Origin: Candidatus Nanohaloarchaea archaeon
GTDB taxonomy: Archaea > Nanohalarchaeota > Nanosalinia > Nanosalinales > Nanosalinaceae
Assembly: GCA_046497485.1 (NCBI GenBank)
Contig: JAWOFP010000009.1
Coordinates: forward strand, 1 to 41,648
Direction of reading: 5' to 3'
DNA length: 41,648 nucleotides
Shown: positions 19,869-29,088 of the stretch, in pieces
Layout of the letters: every line of letters starts with the position of its first letter
Numbering within the stretch: the first letter of the stretch is position 1
The notes under the pieces: model-generated
Databases searched by the model: none
What the model was told of the DNA's origin: nothing
The model's input: the letters and a program-made list of their open reading frames with translations, nothing else
Translations under genes and position numbers: made by a program

Positions 19869-20548
19869 TCTTCCTCTACTCCTGTTTTCCCGTCCACAAT
19901 TTTAATTATTCGGTCTGCGTACTCTGCGTCGTTCTCGTCGTGTGTAACCATGATAATCGTCTTTCCCTCTTCATTCAATTCAGTCAGTAAATCCATTATA
20001 TTTTCTCCAGTCTCAGAATCTAAGTTTCCAGTCGGCTCATCCGCCAAAATAATATCAGGGTCGTTCGCCAACGATCTCGCGATCGAAACTCTCTGTCTTT
20101 GTCCTCCTGAAAGCTCTGAAGGCATGTGATGCAGTCTTTCTCCCAGGCCTACTCGTGTAAGTATTTCTTCGGCACTTTCAGTTCTTTCTTTTTTGCTTAC
20201 TCCTCTAAAAAGCATAGGTAACGCCACATTTTCTGTCGCGTTCATACTTGGAATTAGATTAAATTGCTGGAAAATAAAACCGATTTTCTTTGATCTCAAA
20301 AGCGCTAACTCATCCTCTCCGAGCTTTGAGATGGCTTCATCCCCGACATGGACTTCTCCAGAGCTAGGAGTATCTAAAGCTCCAATCATGTTCATCAAAG
20401 TAGATTTTCCTGATCCAGAAGGACCCATAACTGCGACAAACTCTCCTTCCTGGATCTCGACATTTGAGCCTTTCAGGGCCTCTACTGTGGTATCTCCCAT
20501 CTCATAGATCTTCCTGACATTATCCAGGTCGATGATCGCAGAACTCAT
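19865..20548 (-). CDS. ABC transporter ATP-binding protein (LolD/MacB-like)
   Basis: GPSGSGKS, GFIFQQFNL, LSGGQRQR, ILADEPTGNLD, VTHD. Confidence 0.97.
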   Translation of the reverse strand: MSSAIIDLDNVRKIYEMGDTTVEALKGSNVEIQEGEFVAVMGPSGSGKSTLMNMIGALDTPSSGEVHVGDEAISKLGEDELALLRSKKIGFIFQQFNLIPSMNATENVALPMLFRGVSKKERTESAEEILTRVGLGERLHHMPSELSGGQRQRVSIARSLANDPDIILADEPTGNLDSETGENIMDLLTELNEEGKTIIMVTHDENDAEYADRIIKIVDGKTGVEEE

Positions 20549-20600
20549 GGTAACTATGTGTGGTCGGATAGTTAAATGATTCTTTACAGATCATCTCATA

Positions 20601-20619
20601 GATATAAGGCTGTTATATC
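20601..20619 (-). repeat. 19-bp palindromic site, copy 2 (inverted relative to copy 1)
   Basis: GATATAAGGCTGTTATATC on the + strand; lies in the divergent ABC/HD intergenic region. Confidence 0.8.
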
Positions 20620-20676
20620 CGATGTTTTTGTCTCAAATTCTCAGACCATTTAACTGATAACCCAAAACTTACAGTT

Positions 20677-21816
20677 ATGAGCATTCACATCCAGGACGCT
20701 CTTCACGGATATATAGAGCTAGACTACGAGGAGGAAGCAATTGTCGATAGGCCTGAACTGCAGAGACTTAGGAGAATCCAGCAGCTAGGCCTCTCATCGC
20801 TTGTGTATCCTTCCGCCACACATACCCGTTTTCAGCACTCTCTAGGCGTAATGCACACAGCCGGAAGATTTGCTGACTCACTCGGAATTAACGGAGATAG
20901 AAGAAAAGAACTGAGAATAGCAGGCCTGTTACATGACTCCGGACACGGGCCTTTCTCTCATGCTTCGGAAGTTGTAGCGGAGAAAAACGGTTTTTCTCAC
21001 GAAGAGCTTTCCTGTAAAGTAGTTGATGAACTGGAAGATGAGTTTTCAGTAGATTCTGGAAGAGTAAAGAAAATAATAAACGGAGAACTGGAGATCGGCA
21101 GAGTAGTTGCCGGCGATATTGATGCAGATAGAATGGACTATCTTCAGAGAGATGCTCATGCAACAGGTGTCGAATACGGACAGATCGATGCAGCAACAAT
21201 CATCAGACTAGCAGAAATAGACTCTAGAAGACTGGTATTTGACTACAAAGGAGTACAAGCCCTGGAATCTCTGCTTACTGCACGATTCCATATGCTGAAA
21301 TCCGTCTACCTCCACAACGCGTGTAAGATAGCGGAAAAAATGCTTGAAAGAGCTTTGGAAAACTATGTGGAAGAAAATAAAGTCAAACACATGATGAAGA
21401 TGGACGACTACGAAGCACATACAGAACTCAGAAGATTTGAAAATGAATCAGGCCTTTATACGAAAGTTTCGAACCGAAAACTGTACAAGAAGGCTTTATC
21501 GCTTGATTCAGACTCTTTAAGCAGAGAAACTCTAAAGGAGTTTTCTGAAAAGTCCGAGCAAAAGCTTGAAACAGAGATCTCGGAAGAAGCAGGTCTTGAA
21601 CGAAACCAGGTTATAGTTGATCTTCCTTCCGTACCTGGCTCGACAGATCTAAATGTGAGAGTAAAAAAAGAAGGAGAGATAAGGCCTATGGCAGATTTAA
21701 GCCCGATCCCAGATGCTCTAACTGAGGCCGAATGGCAGCTGGTAAACTTGAATGTGTACTGTCCTGAAACTCATCGTTCAAAGGTTTCTCAAATTGCTAA
21801 GGACATCATTCTATAG
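20677..21816 (+). CDS. HD-domain phosphohydrolase (dNTP triphosphohydrolase-like)
   Basis: QRLRRIQQLG, HTRFQHSLG, LLHDSGHGPFSH, DADRMDYLQRD, VYLH. Confidence 0.93.
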   Translation: MSIHIQDALHGYIELDYEEEAIVDRPELQRLRRIQQLGLSSLVYPSATHTRFQHSLGVMHTAGRFADSLGINGDRRKELRIAGLLHDSGHGPFSHASEVVAEKNGFSHEELSCKVVDELEDEFSVDSGRVKKIINGELEIGRVVAGDIDADRMDYLQRDAHATGVEYGQIDAATIIRLAEIDSRRLVFDYKGVQALESLLTARFHMLKSVYLHNACKIAEKMLERALENYVEENKVKHMMKMDDYEAHTELRRFENESGLYTKVSNRKLYKKALSLDSDSLSRETLKEFSEKSEQKLETEISEEAGLERNQVIVDLPSVPGSTDLNVRVKKEGEIRPMADLSPIPDALTEAEWQLVNLNVYCPETHRSKVSQIAKDIIL

Positions 21817-22356
21817 GCCTAGGAAGTTGAGTATTTTCTGAATTAGAGATGGTTCCGGCTCTTTTTCTACTACCCTGTCTTCCAGTGTTTCAATTTTTTC
21901 GCCGTCGTGTTGAACCTCTAACTGGAATCCTGAGTCGGCCTCAAATTCTGCCTCATAGTTGATTCCTGTAACTACTTCTGCGCAGGCCTGATTGTCGAGT
22001 TCAGCTCTCTCCGTCTGAATATTCAAAGTGTATGTGTCTCCCCCCTCCTTATTGAGTTCGTGATCTATTACATGACACGGCGTTCCCGCTGTTATTGTGC
22101 CGTTAAATTCGACTCTCTGATGATTCTCATAATTAGTATCTCTAACTTGATTGTCTGTCTGATTCGGGTTTCTGCCAGCCATCTCCACTTTGGCACTGTA
22201 CTGCGTGCCGTTCTCATTAACTCCGGTGGTGGCGCCTGCAGAGCTGCCTGATGTTGTGCCTACATCGCTTCCGTCAGAGTTATTGTGGCCTACGACTGCT
22301 GTGGCGAGGCCTGTCATCAATCCAATAGCTGTCAGAAATATAACTGCTCGTTTCAT
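21811..22356 (-). CDS. Secreted hypothetical protein
   Basis: Start MKRAVIFL at 22356 with TTTAAAA at 22381-22387; signal peptide, S/T/G linker, TPC...CAEVV cysteine pair, amphipathic C-terminus. Confidence 0.75.
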   Translation of the reverse strand: MKRAVIFLTAIGLMTGLATAVVGHNNSDGSDVGTTSGSSAGATTGVNENGTQYSAKVEMAGRNPNQTDNQVRDTNYENHQRVEFNGTITAGTPCHVIDHELNKEGGDTYTLNIQTERAELDNQACAEVVTGINYEAEFEADSGFQLEVQHDGEKIETLEDRVVEKEPEPSLIQKILNFLGL

Positions 22357-22417
22357 ACCAATTATAGAAATCCTTGCAGCTTTTAAACCAGGCGAAGTTG
22401 TTCGGAAAAGGCCGAAC

Positions 22418-23209
22418 CTACTCTTCTTTTTCAGGTTCTTCATCTAACAGGCCTGATTCTTTCATCCTGCCAGTGTATCTCTTCAGCACATCGCTTCTAG
22501 CTCTCTTAACTTCACTGGATTTCTTAACCCAAAATGTTGCATCCATATCAAGCTCGTTATTTTCTATCTTCTTGAAAGATATCTCCGGTTTAGGAGATTC
22601 TAGAGTCTCCTCGCTTTCATTTATCGACTCCATCAAAAAATTCGAGGCCTCTTCAGCATTTTTTAAATTGACTTTCGTCTCTATCGAAGCCTTTGTCTTA
22701 TTCGACTTTGTATAATTTTTAACCACTCCTGTTGTCAGCATTGCATTAGGCACTATCTGCTTCTTGTTATTTCCGCCATTAAGAGTAGTAGCCCTTAGAG
22801 AAATATCCTGCACAACTCCTTCAGTCTCATCTACCTTGATGTAATCATTCTTGATAAACGGATTATCCAAGTGGATCAGCAGACCCGCTACTAAGTTAGA
22901 TACTTGGTCCCTCATACCGAATCCTACTGCGACTGTGACTGCCGCGCCTAACGCCGTTATCAACCCTACTAGGCCTCCAAAGCTTCCAGCCTGTAAAGCC
23001 AATGTAAAAGCAATGAAAAGCCCAAATATAACAGTTAGATTTTCCAGAGAATGGAGGGCTTTCTCATCGTCTTTGGGATAAAATCTCTTGACTGTAGGAA
23101 CAAGTACAATTCTTGTTAAAGATGTTCCAATCATCAAAACTACGAAAAACCTGAATAACTGGACATAGATGCTTGAACCGTTCCAAAGCGAAACAAATGT
23201 CTCAATCAT
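22418..23209 (-). CDS. mscS: Small-conductance mechanosensitive channel
   Basis: AVGFGMRDQVSNLVAG, PFIKNDYI, GVVQDISLRAT, IVPN. Confidence 0.92.
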   Translation of the reverse strand: MIETFVSLWNGSSIYVQLFRFFVVLMIGTSLTRIVLVPTVKRFYPKDDEKALHSLENLTVIFGLFIAFTLALQAGSFGGLVGLITALGAAVTVAVGFGMRDQVSNLVAGLLIHLDNPFIKNDYIKVDETEGVVQDISLRATTLNGGNNKKQIVPNAMLTTGVVKNYTKSNKTKASIETKVNLKNAEEASNFLMESINESEETLESPKPEISFKKIENNELDMDATFWVKKSSEVKRARSDVLKRYTGRMKESGLLDEEPEKEE

Positions 23210-23215
23210 AAGCTT

Positions 23216-24313
23216 TTAGGCCTCTTTCTTCTGCTTTCTGGTAATAATCTGGAGTTCGCTGGAGTTCGCGTTATCGGAACGCTTCATACCTGCAATATAG
23301 TCCATATCAAGCTCTTCAGCTTTACTTACCTTGCTTGAATCTACTTCGCCGTCGAGAACTAGTGCCCAGGCCTCTTCTTCCAAGTTTCCAATGTTTTCGG
23401 CCGGGACCCTCTCAACCACTTCTCCGTCTTCTTCGATAGTCATAGCTGCTCTTGTACCGACAAGCTCTTCAAACTGCTTATCAAAATCAGGCCTGTCTTC
23501 ATCTACTTCTTCAACTTTCGCATACTTCACCGGTTTCTTATCTCTCAAGGCCTCATGAACTTCTTTTGATGAAAGATCTTCTACCTCTTTGTTTTCTGGC
23601 GCTTTAGTGTAGTATCTTGGAATACTTTTTTCTTTGAGCTCCTTCATTATCAGGTCGCCGCCCCGATCACCGTCCAAGAAGGCTGTGACATCTTTTTCTT
23701 CCGCTATTTTTTCGATTCCTGTCGGAACTGATGTTCCCCCGACCGCCAAGGCATTCTTGACTCCGTGTTTTAACAGGTTCTTCACATCTGATTCCCCTTC
23801 TACAATCACAACTTCATCAGAGATATCTACATCAGGCCCTGCAGGGAAGCCTCTGAACTCTGTGACCTGTTCCTGTCTAATTTCGGCTTTTAAATCTTCT
23901 TCTAAGGCCTTTCTGTCTGGAGAATCTTCTTCTATCTGTGTAAGTAACTGTTTAGCTCTCTTGACAATGTAGTCTCTCTTTGATACCCTCTGATCTCTTA
24001 TCTCATTAACTTTGATATCAGCGTTCGAAGGCCCTACCTTCTCAATTGTCTCTAGTGAAGCCGCTAGTAGAGAAGTATCTGTAGCATTCATAGAAGTCGG
24101 AATCTTGATCTTTCCTTCTTTACCATCTAATTCGACATTCATTCTGGAGACTTTCCCTTTCTTTCTGAGCTCCTTCAAATTCATTTCTTCGCCCAGAAGG
24201 CCTTCTGTCTGGCCGAAAATCGCACCCACCACATCGCTTTTTTCGACTCTTCCAGAAGTCTTTAATTCTGCTTCAATTACATAATTTGCTTGCTTCATCG
24301 CTGCTTTTGCCAT
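23216..24313 (-). CDS. dnaG: Archaeal DnaG (TOPRIM)
   Basis: VEKSDVVGAIFGQTEGLLG, VIVEGESDV, AFLDGDRGG. Confidence 0.95.
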   Translation of the reverse strand: MAKAAMKQANYVIEAELKTSGRVEKSDVVGAIFGQTEGLLGEEMNLKELRKKGKVSRMNVELDGKEGKIKIPTSMNATDTSLLAASLETIEKVGPSNADIKVNEIRDQRVSKRDYIVKRAKQLLTQIEEDSPDRKALEEDLKAEIRQEQVTEFRGFPAGPDVDISDEVVIVEGESDVKNLLKHGVKNALAVGGTSVPTGIEKIAEEKDVTAFLDGDRGGDLIMKELKEKSIPRYYTKAPENKEVEDLSSKEVHEALRDKKPVKYAKVEEVDEDRPDFDKQFEELVGTRAAMTIEEDGEVVERVPAENIGNLEEEAWALVLDGEVDSSKVSKAEELDMDYIAGMKRSDNANSSELQIITRKQKKEA

Positions 24314-24552
24314 TGTTCCACCTTCTCCTCTAACTCATCTTCAGTAAGTTTAACCTTTAACTTTTTTCTAGGCCTCTTATGACCTTCAATCAATCCAACA
24401 TTAGTATCTAATATATCTGAAAGCCGTTCAACCAGTTCAGTGTTCGCTCTATTATTCTCTGCTTCTTCCGTCAACGAGGCCTTCAACATGTGGCCAGTCT
24501 CTAAATCAAATTTGTCCTGACCCGTCTCGACTTTCACATAGATCTCTGTCAT
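24295..24552 (-). CDS. DUF167 (UPF0235/YggU) family protein
   Basis: IYVKV...AENNRANTELV...GHKRPRKKL. Confidence 0.8.
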   Translation of the reverse strand: MTEIYVKVETGQDKFDLETGHMLKASLTEEAENNRANTELVERLSDILDTNVGLIEGHKRPRKKLKVKLTEDELEEKVEQWQKQR

Positions 24553-24568
24553 AAATAGTAAAAATAGA

Positions 24569-24637
24569 GGCTACCTGGCAACATAGACAGTCATTCCAGT
24601 CCCTCGAAGGTCCTGCCTACTGACTTAACAGGTAGCC
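24569..24637 (-). ncRNA. 69-nt K-turn hairpin RNA, H/ACA-like pseudouridylation guide candidate
   Basis: 9-bp terminal stem, internal pocket, 8-bp upper stem, K-turn (CAG-GA-CC / GG-AAU-GA-CUG); TATTAA about 26 nt upstream and a T5 tract downstream. Confidence 0.7.
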
Positions 24638-24691
24638 AAGAAAACATTAAAGGAGAACTCTTAATACATTTGACAAAACCATACATAGATC

Positions 24692-27600
24692 TTAATTTAT
24701 GGTTGCACATACTTCGTCGCTGTCAGCTTCTCCAGCAACATTATATGGTCTAACTTCAACACATATTTGGTCTCCAGAACCCCAGCTACTATCGGAAATC
24801 TGCTCATTTACTTCTGACGACGGCATATCAACCACATTAGACTCCTTAATCGCGCCAACACCATAATATATATTAAATCCTTCAATATCAGCAGAACTGC
24901 TATAGCTGGCCCAATCAATAGATATAGTATTTGTATCTACTACCTCTATATCCTGCACAGTAAGATTTTGAGCTCCTGCGTCATCTTTGGCCTGCATAGC
25001 AATACTATAGTTACCTGGGCTGGGAAAAGAGCGAGATGTAGTTTCTCCGTTCTCCTCAAATAACCCGTCCTTATCCCAATCCCATTTAACACTAGAGACG
25101 CTTCCATCGAGGTCATTACTTGAAGAAGCGTCGAAAGTTACAGAGCCCCCGACTCTAGGACTACTTGGAGAAAAGTCAAAATATGCTAAAGGAACGCAGT
25201 TCTGCTGTTCTAGCTGGGCAGATTGATTCACATTTTTTAGAATAGGATAGTTATTACAGATACTCTCTGAATCGCCAGATTCTACTACGCTCCAGTTCGA
25301 GTTAAAATTCATATCCCCCATATTATCTTTAGCCGACATACCTTGCATCTCTCCAGTAAATAAACCTGTAGAATTTAAATTACCGCCATTAGTCTGCTCT
25401 GACGAATTTATATCCCAGTAGCTTGAAGTAATGCTCCCCTCATTTTCACCAATTAAACCGCTTACATTTCTTTCCCCGCTGACTTTACCGGTAGAATAAC
25501 TATCAGATATAGATCCATAGCCCTTATGCCCAACTAGACCCCCTACAGTTCTTGAGCCATTTACATCGCCCGTAGCATAGCTATTAGACACAGAACCCTC
25601 AACATTGCCTATTAAACCGCCAGCCCATTCAGGACTATTTACATCTCCAGCAGCATAACTACTAGAAACAGAACCAAAATTTTCTCCTATTAGGCCTCCT
25701 GTAGCATCTTCTGCCCCTGTTACATCCCCGACAGCATAACTATCAGAAACAGAACCATAGTCCTTATATCCGATTAGGCCTCCCACCCCGCTCTCTCCAT
25801 AAACATCTCCTGTGGCAGATGTATTAGAAATAGATGTTCCGCAACAGGAACCTCCTATTAGGCCTCCTACACTGTAACCTGCTCCCGATACGTTTGCGGT
25901 CGAACGACTATTAGATATAGAATCGCCATAATCAAAACCAACATATCCAATTAAACCTCCTGTATCTCCGGAATATTTGCTGGAAACAATACCCCCTGTA
26001 GAAACTGAAGAAATTGTTTCGCCCTCATTATATCCTATTAATCCTCCGACTGAGCTTGCCCCAGTTACATTAATTTTATTTAATGCCACATTCTTTACAG
26101 AAGAATCTCCGCCCAAATATCCAAACATACCGACTTCGCTGCTTCTATAACGGTTAATATACAGACCATTGATCGTATAATTATTGCCTTGAAACCCTCC
26201 TAAAAATTGATTATCATAGTTAGGGCCTACAGGATTAAAACCCAAGTAGGTGTCCATTCCAATTGCATAATTCCAGCTTTCTGTATCAGTACATTCGACA
26301 TCATTACTCAATTCATAATATGCTGATAAATTGTTCTGCATAGCCTGTAATTCATAACATGTGCTTATTGGATACGGATTTGTTGATGAGCCGTCTCCTG
26401 ATGAAAAGATAGTTACTTTTTCGGTTACAGAACCATTATTGTTTCCATCGCTTATAGTTAAATTGATCTCGTATGTACCAGGGCTAGAAAAACTATGAGA
26501 CGCTGTCTCACCGCTGCTAGCTTCTCCATCCCCAAATTTCCAGGTGTAGCTATCAATCGATCCCTCTGGATCTACGCTTGAAGAACCATCAAACTCTATC
26601 GACTGTTCTGGCAGAAAAATCTCGTCAGAGAAAGTAAAATCTGCGATAGGAGTACAATCATTTGTTGAAACCCCACTACTTTGATTAAAACCTTCTAAAT
26701 TAGGATAATCTCCAGAGATGGCAACCCATTTATTTTCAAAGTCCAATCGGTGCATGTGACAGATTGCCGATTCTCCGTGCATATCTGAGGTATTCAAAGG
26801 TTTTCCTCCTCCGCTACCTATCTCTCCGAAAGATTCCAAATCCCAGTAACTTGATGATATACTTCCAGAATAGTTATCCCCAACTAAACCTCCAGGATAA
26901 GCATCAGCAAATACATTACCTGAACTGAAGCTGGAGGAAATCTGCCCAAAACGATTTTCACCTACTAATCCTCCAACATTAGTCTCTCCCGAAACAACCC
27001 CCTCAGAAAAACTAGAGCTCAAGTCACCGCCATTTTCACCCACCAACCCTCCAACATCAGCCTCTCCCGAAACAACCCCCTCAACAAAACTAGACTTTAC
27101 TTCGCCTTCCCAAAGATGACCTACTAGACCCCCAACTCTATCATTTCCCGAAATATTTGCATTTGTCAAACCAATATTCTCTATATCCGAAAAAGAATCA
27201 TCCACGTCACCCATTAGCCCAGTATAAGTGCCGTTTCGGTCGATATATAAACCATCAATAGTATGATAGTTCCCGTTTAAATCGCCCTTAAATTTATGAT
27301 TATCGTGATTTTGGCCTATAGGGTTGAAGCCTAAATAATGCTCTTCTCCTGTTGTATTATACCTTATATATAATTCGGCGGAAGTATCATTTTGAAGCTC
27401 TAAAGTTCCACTTTCTGCATCTACAATATCAACATCAACTTCAGAACGATCATCAGAATCTCTAGCAAGAATTACTTGGTCTATTGGAGCATTAGCTGTC
27501 TCAAATGTGTATCCTGCGTCCAAACCAGCAAAGTTTCCTATTTCTTCCTCATAACCCGAATTCCAGTTTATCGTATCTGAGCAATCAATATTATCAACTA

Positions 27601-27784
27601 ATTCATACTCATCAGTAAGGCCTCCCTCAGACCCATATTCTGGATTCATATTCTGGAGTTGTTGACAGGTAGAAATTTCATATGGATTAGAAGAAGATCC
27701 ATCTCCTCCTTCAAAAGCCGATGCTGAAGTTGTTAGCGATATTGATATTATTAACCCTAATATAAGCTTGCTTCTTAATTTCAT
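24692..27784 (-). CDS. Secreted surface protein: two GLUG-repeat/PKD modules and a C-terminal FN3-like domain
   Basis: Signal peptide; GDGSSxNPYxISTC twice; many VGGL(V/I)G repeats; PKD motifs FDGSSSVDPEG..YTWKFGDG and FDASSSNDLDG..WDWDKDG. Confidence 0.9.
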   Translation of the reverse strand: MKLRSKLILGLIISISLTTSASAFEGGDGSSSNPYEISTCQQLQNMNPEYGSEGGLTDEYELVDNIDCSDTINWNSGYEEEIGNFAGLDAGYTFETANAPIDQVILARDSDDRSEVDVDIVDAESGTLELQNDTSAELYIRYNTTGEEHYLGFNPIGQNHDNHKFKGDLNGNYHTIDGLYIDRNGTYTGLMGDVDDSFSDIENIGLTNANISGNDRVGGLVGHLWEGEVKSSFVEGVVSGEADVGGLVGENGGDLSSSFSEGVVSGETNVGGLVGENRFGQISSSFSSGNVFADAYPGGLVGDNYSGSISSSYWDLESFGEIGSGGGKPLNTSDMHGESAICHMHRLDFENKWVAISGDYPNLEGFNQSSGVSTNDCTPIADFTFSDEIFLPEQSIEFDGSSSVDPEGSIDSYTWKFGDGEASSGETASHSFSSPGTYEINLTISDGNNNGSVTEKVTIFSSGDGSSTNPYPISTCYELQAMQNNLSAYYELSNDVECTDTESWNYAIGMDTYLGFNPVGPNYDNQFLGGFQGNNYTINGLYINRYRSSEVGMFGYLGGDSSVKNVALNKINVTGASSVGGLIGYNEGETISSVSTGGIVSSKYSGDTGGLIGYVGFDYGDSISNSRSTANVSGAGYSVGGLIGGSCCGTSISNTSATGDVYGESGVGGLIGYKDYGSVSDSYAVGDVTGAEDATGGLIGENFGSVSSSYAAGDVNSPEWAGGLIGNVEGSVSNSYATGDVNGSRTVGGLVGHKGYGSISDSYSTGKVSGERNVSGLIGENEGSITSSYWDINSSEQTNGGNLNSTGLFTGEMQGMSAKDNMGDMNFNSNWSVVESGDSESICNNYPILKNVNQSAQLEQQNCVPLAYFDFSPSSPRVGGSVTFDASSSNDLDGSVSSVKWDWDKDGLFEENGETTSRSFPSPGNYSIAMQAKDDAGAQNLTVQDIEVVDTNTISIDWASYSSSADIEGFNIYYGVGAIKESNVVDMPSSEVNEQISDSSWGSGDQICVEVRPYNVAGEADSDEVCATIN
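26954..27094. repeat. Tandem GLUG-unit duplication, 78-bp period
   Basis: 26954-27016 and 27032-27094 match at 56 of 63 positions. Confidence 0.85.
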
Positions 27785-28299
27785 TGCTCTGTCACCACCA
27801 ATTCCGAGCTACTCATTGGATCCGGCAAGGATTGAGTATCTCCTGTAGAAGAACCTGATTCGGTAATTTCAAACCTGCCCGAAATTTCACCTGATACGCT
27901 CAAATTTTCCAACCCGCCAGAATCATAATTAATGGAAACATCTAAATTATTGGCAGAGTCGCCTTCAGTAACATTAGCCAGAACCAAATCTTGAGACTCT
28001 CCTACCGAAATAACTTTATCTCCAGACCATTGAGTCCAGGACTCGCCTAGAGAGATATTTACTGAATTGATCTCCGCATTATCTGAGGCAGAATTTCTGA
28101 TCAATAACTGCAAATTACTATCATTAGTTGTTCCAAAATCTTCTATAGTCAGGTCATCCCCATCAAAACCACTAATTGATTGGATGCTTTGATTCTGTAC
28201 TATCGCAAAAATAGCTGAACCTGTAATTGCAACTACAAGCAGCATCCAGCCATAAGTCATCAAATACTCAATCGCAGACTGGCCTTTTCCTAAATACAT
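27781..28299 (-). CDS. Class III signal peptide (type IV pilin-like) protein
   Basis: KG/QSAIEYLMTYGWMLLVVAI: KG cleavage site, Glu at +5, hydrophobic helix; ATGA-coupled to the GLUG gene. Confidence 0.85.
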   Translation of the reverse strand: MYLGKGQSAIEYLMTYGWMLLVVAITGSAIFAIVQNQSIQSISGFDGDDLTIEDFGTTNDSNLQLLIRNSASDNAEINSVNISLGESWTQWSGDKVISVGESQDLVLANVTEGDSANNLDVSINYDSGGLENLSVSGEISGRFEITESGSSTGDTQSLPDPMSSSELVVTEQ

Positions 28300-28403
28300 A
28301 AATAAAATTTTGTTCTATGTAATTTAAATTTATGCAAACATAGTTTTAGACACATTCAAGATCTAAACTAGCATAAGAAAATAATTTGACGCCTAAAAAT
28401 TCT

Positions 28404-29081
28404 TTATTGGAAGAAAACTCCTTCATCAACCGCAGGCTTGAAAGCTGCTTCCCGCGTCTTGCTCTGTAATGGTTCTTCCCCATGATACTTCCTTATGTAC
28501 TCCATGTATTCGATCAGTTTCTGGCGGGCGAACTCCCCATCATGCTCTATCTGTTCTTCTGCTATCATTTCCAGATAAGCCCATTTGAAGAAACGGTTCA
28601 ATGGATAAGCAAGGAATCTCGGCAGCATCTTGACTCCTCCCGGAATACTGTATTTTATTCGTGCATCGACATTGTACTCAACCATACAGAAATCATTGTC
28701 GCCAGAAGGAGGATACTTGGTCTCGATAGATGGCTCTAGCTTAAACTCTCCCTTCCCGCTGGGAAGATCATCAGAGTTCTCCATATCTGCGGCGAAGTCT
28801 CCCGAATCTAGGTTCTCGAAATAGAATTTTTCATAAGGCCTGCCCATATCGATGTTCCTGAAAACATATTTGTGCTCTGAGTAGATTTTAGGGACATTTG
28901 GGCTTTCATACCATTCTACTTTGTTGCTGACACGGACCCAGTGGCCGTCAAATAAATGGAAGTCGCTCCAGATATTGTCTCTCTCCTCGAATTCTTCTTT
29001 TTCATAGTCGCTCTTGTAAGTCTCCGGAGTTCTAAACCACGGCAGGATATTCTTTTCTAGAAATCCTAAGTCTTCACTCAT
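28404..29081 (-). CDS. Hypothetical protein (paralogue C)
   Basis: Acidic ORF whose C-terminus resembles the two upstream genes. Confidence 0.75.
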   Translation of the reverse strand: MSEDLGFLEKNILPWFRTPETYKSDYEKEEFEERDNIWSDFHLFDGHWVRVSNKVEWYESPNVPKIYSEHKYVFRNIDMGRPYEKFYFENLDSGDFAADMENSDDLPSGKGEFKLEPSIETKYPPSGDNDFCMVEYNVDARIKYSIPGGVKMLPRFLAYPLNRFFKWAYLEMIAEEQIEHDGEFARQKLIEYMEYIRKYHGEEPLQSKTREAAFKPAVDEGVFFQ

Positions 29082-29088
29082 TTTTTAC

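Noticed and set aside
14656..20619. Integrated provirus or transposon at tRNA-Thr
   Set aside because: No integrase, transposase or duplicated tRNA 3' end seen, and the segment has core-like AGGCCT density.
24569..24637. SRP RNA, C/D-box sRNA or split-tRNA interpretation of the hairpin
   Set aside because: No GNRA loop with AGCAG, no RUGAUGA/CUGA pair on the likely transcribed strand, and no paired T arm.
26954..27094. Diversity-generating retroelement TR/VR pair
   Set aside because: Copies are adjacent in-frame GLUG units, changes are A/G only with two non-A changes, and no reverse transcriptase is in the window.
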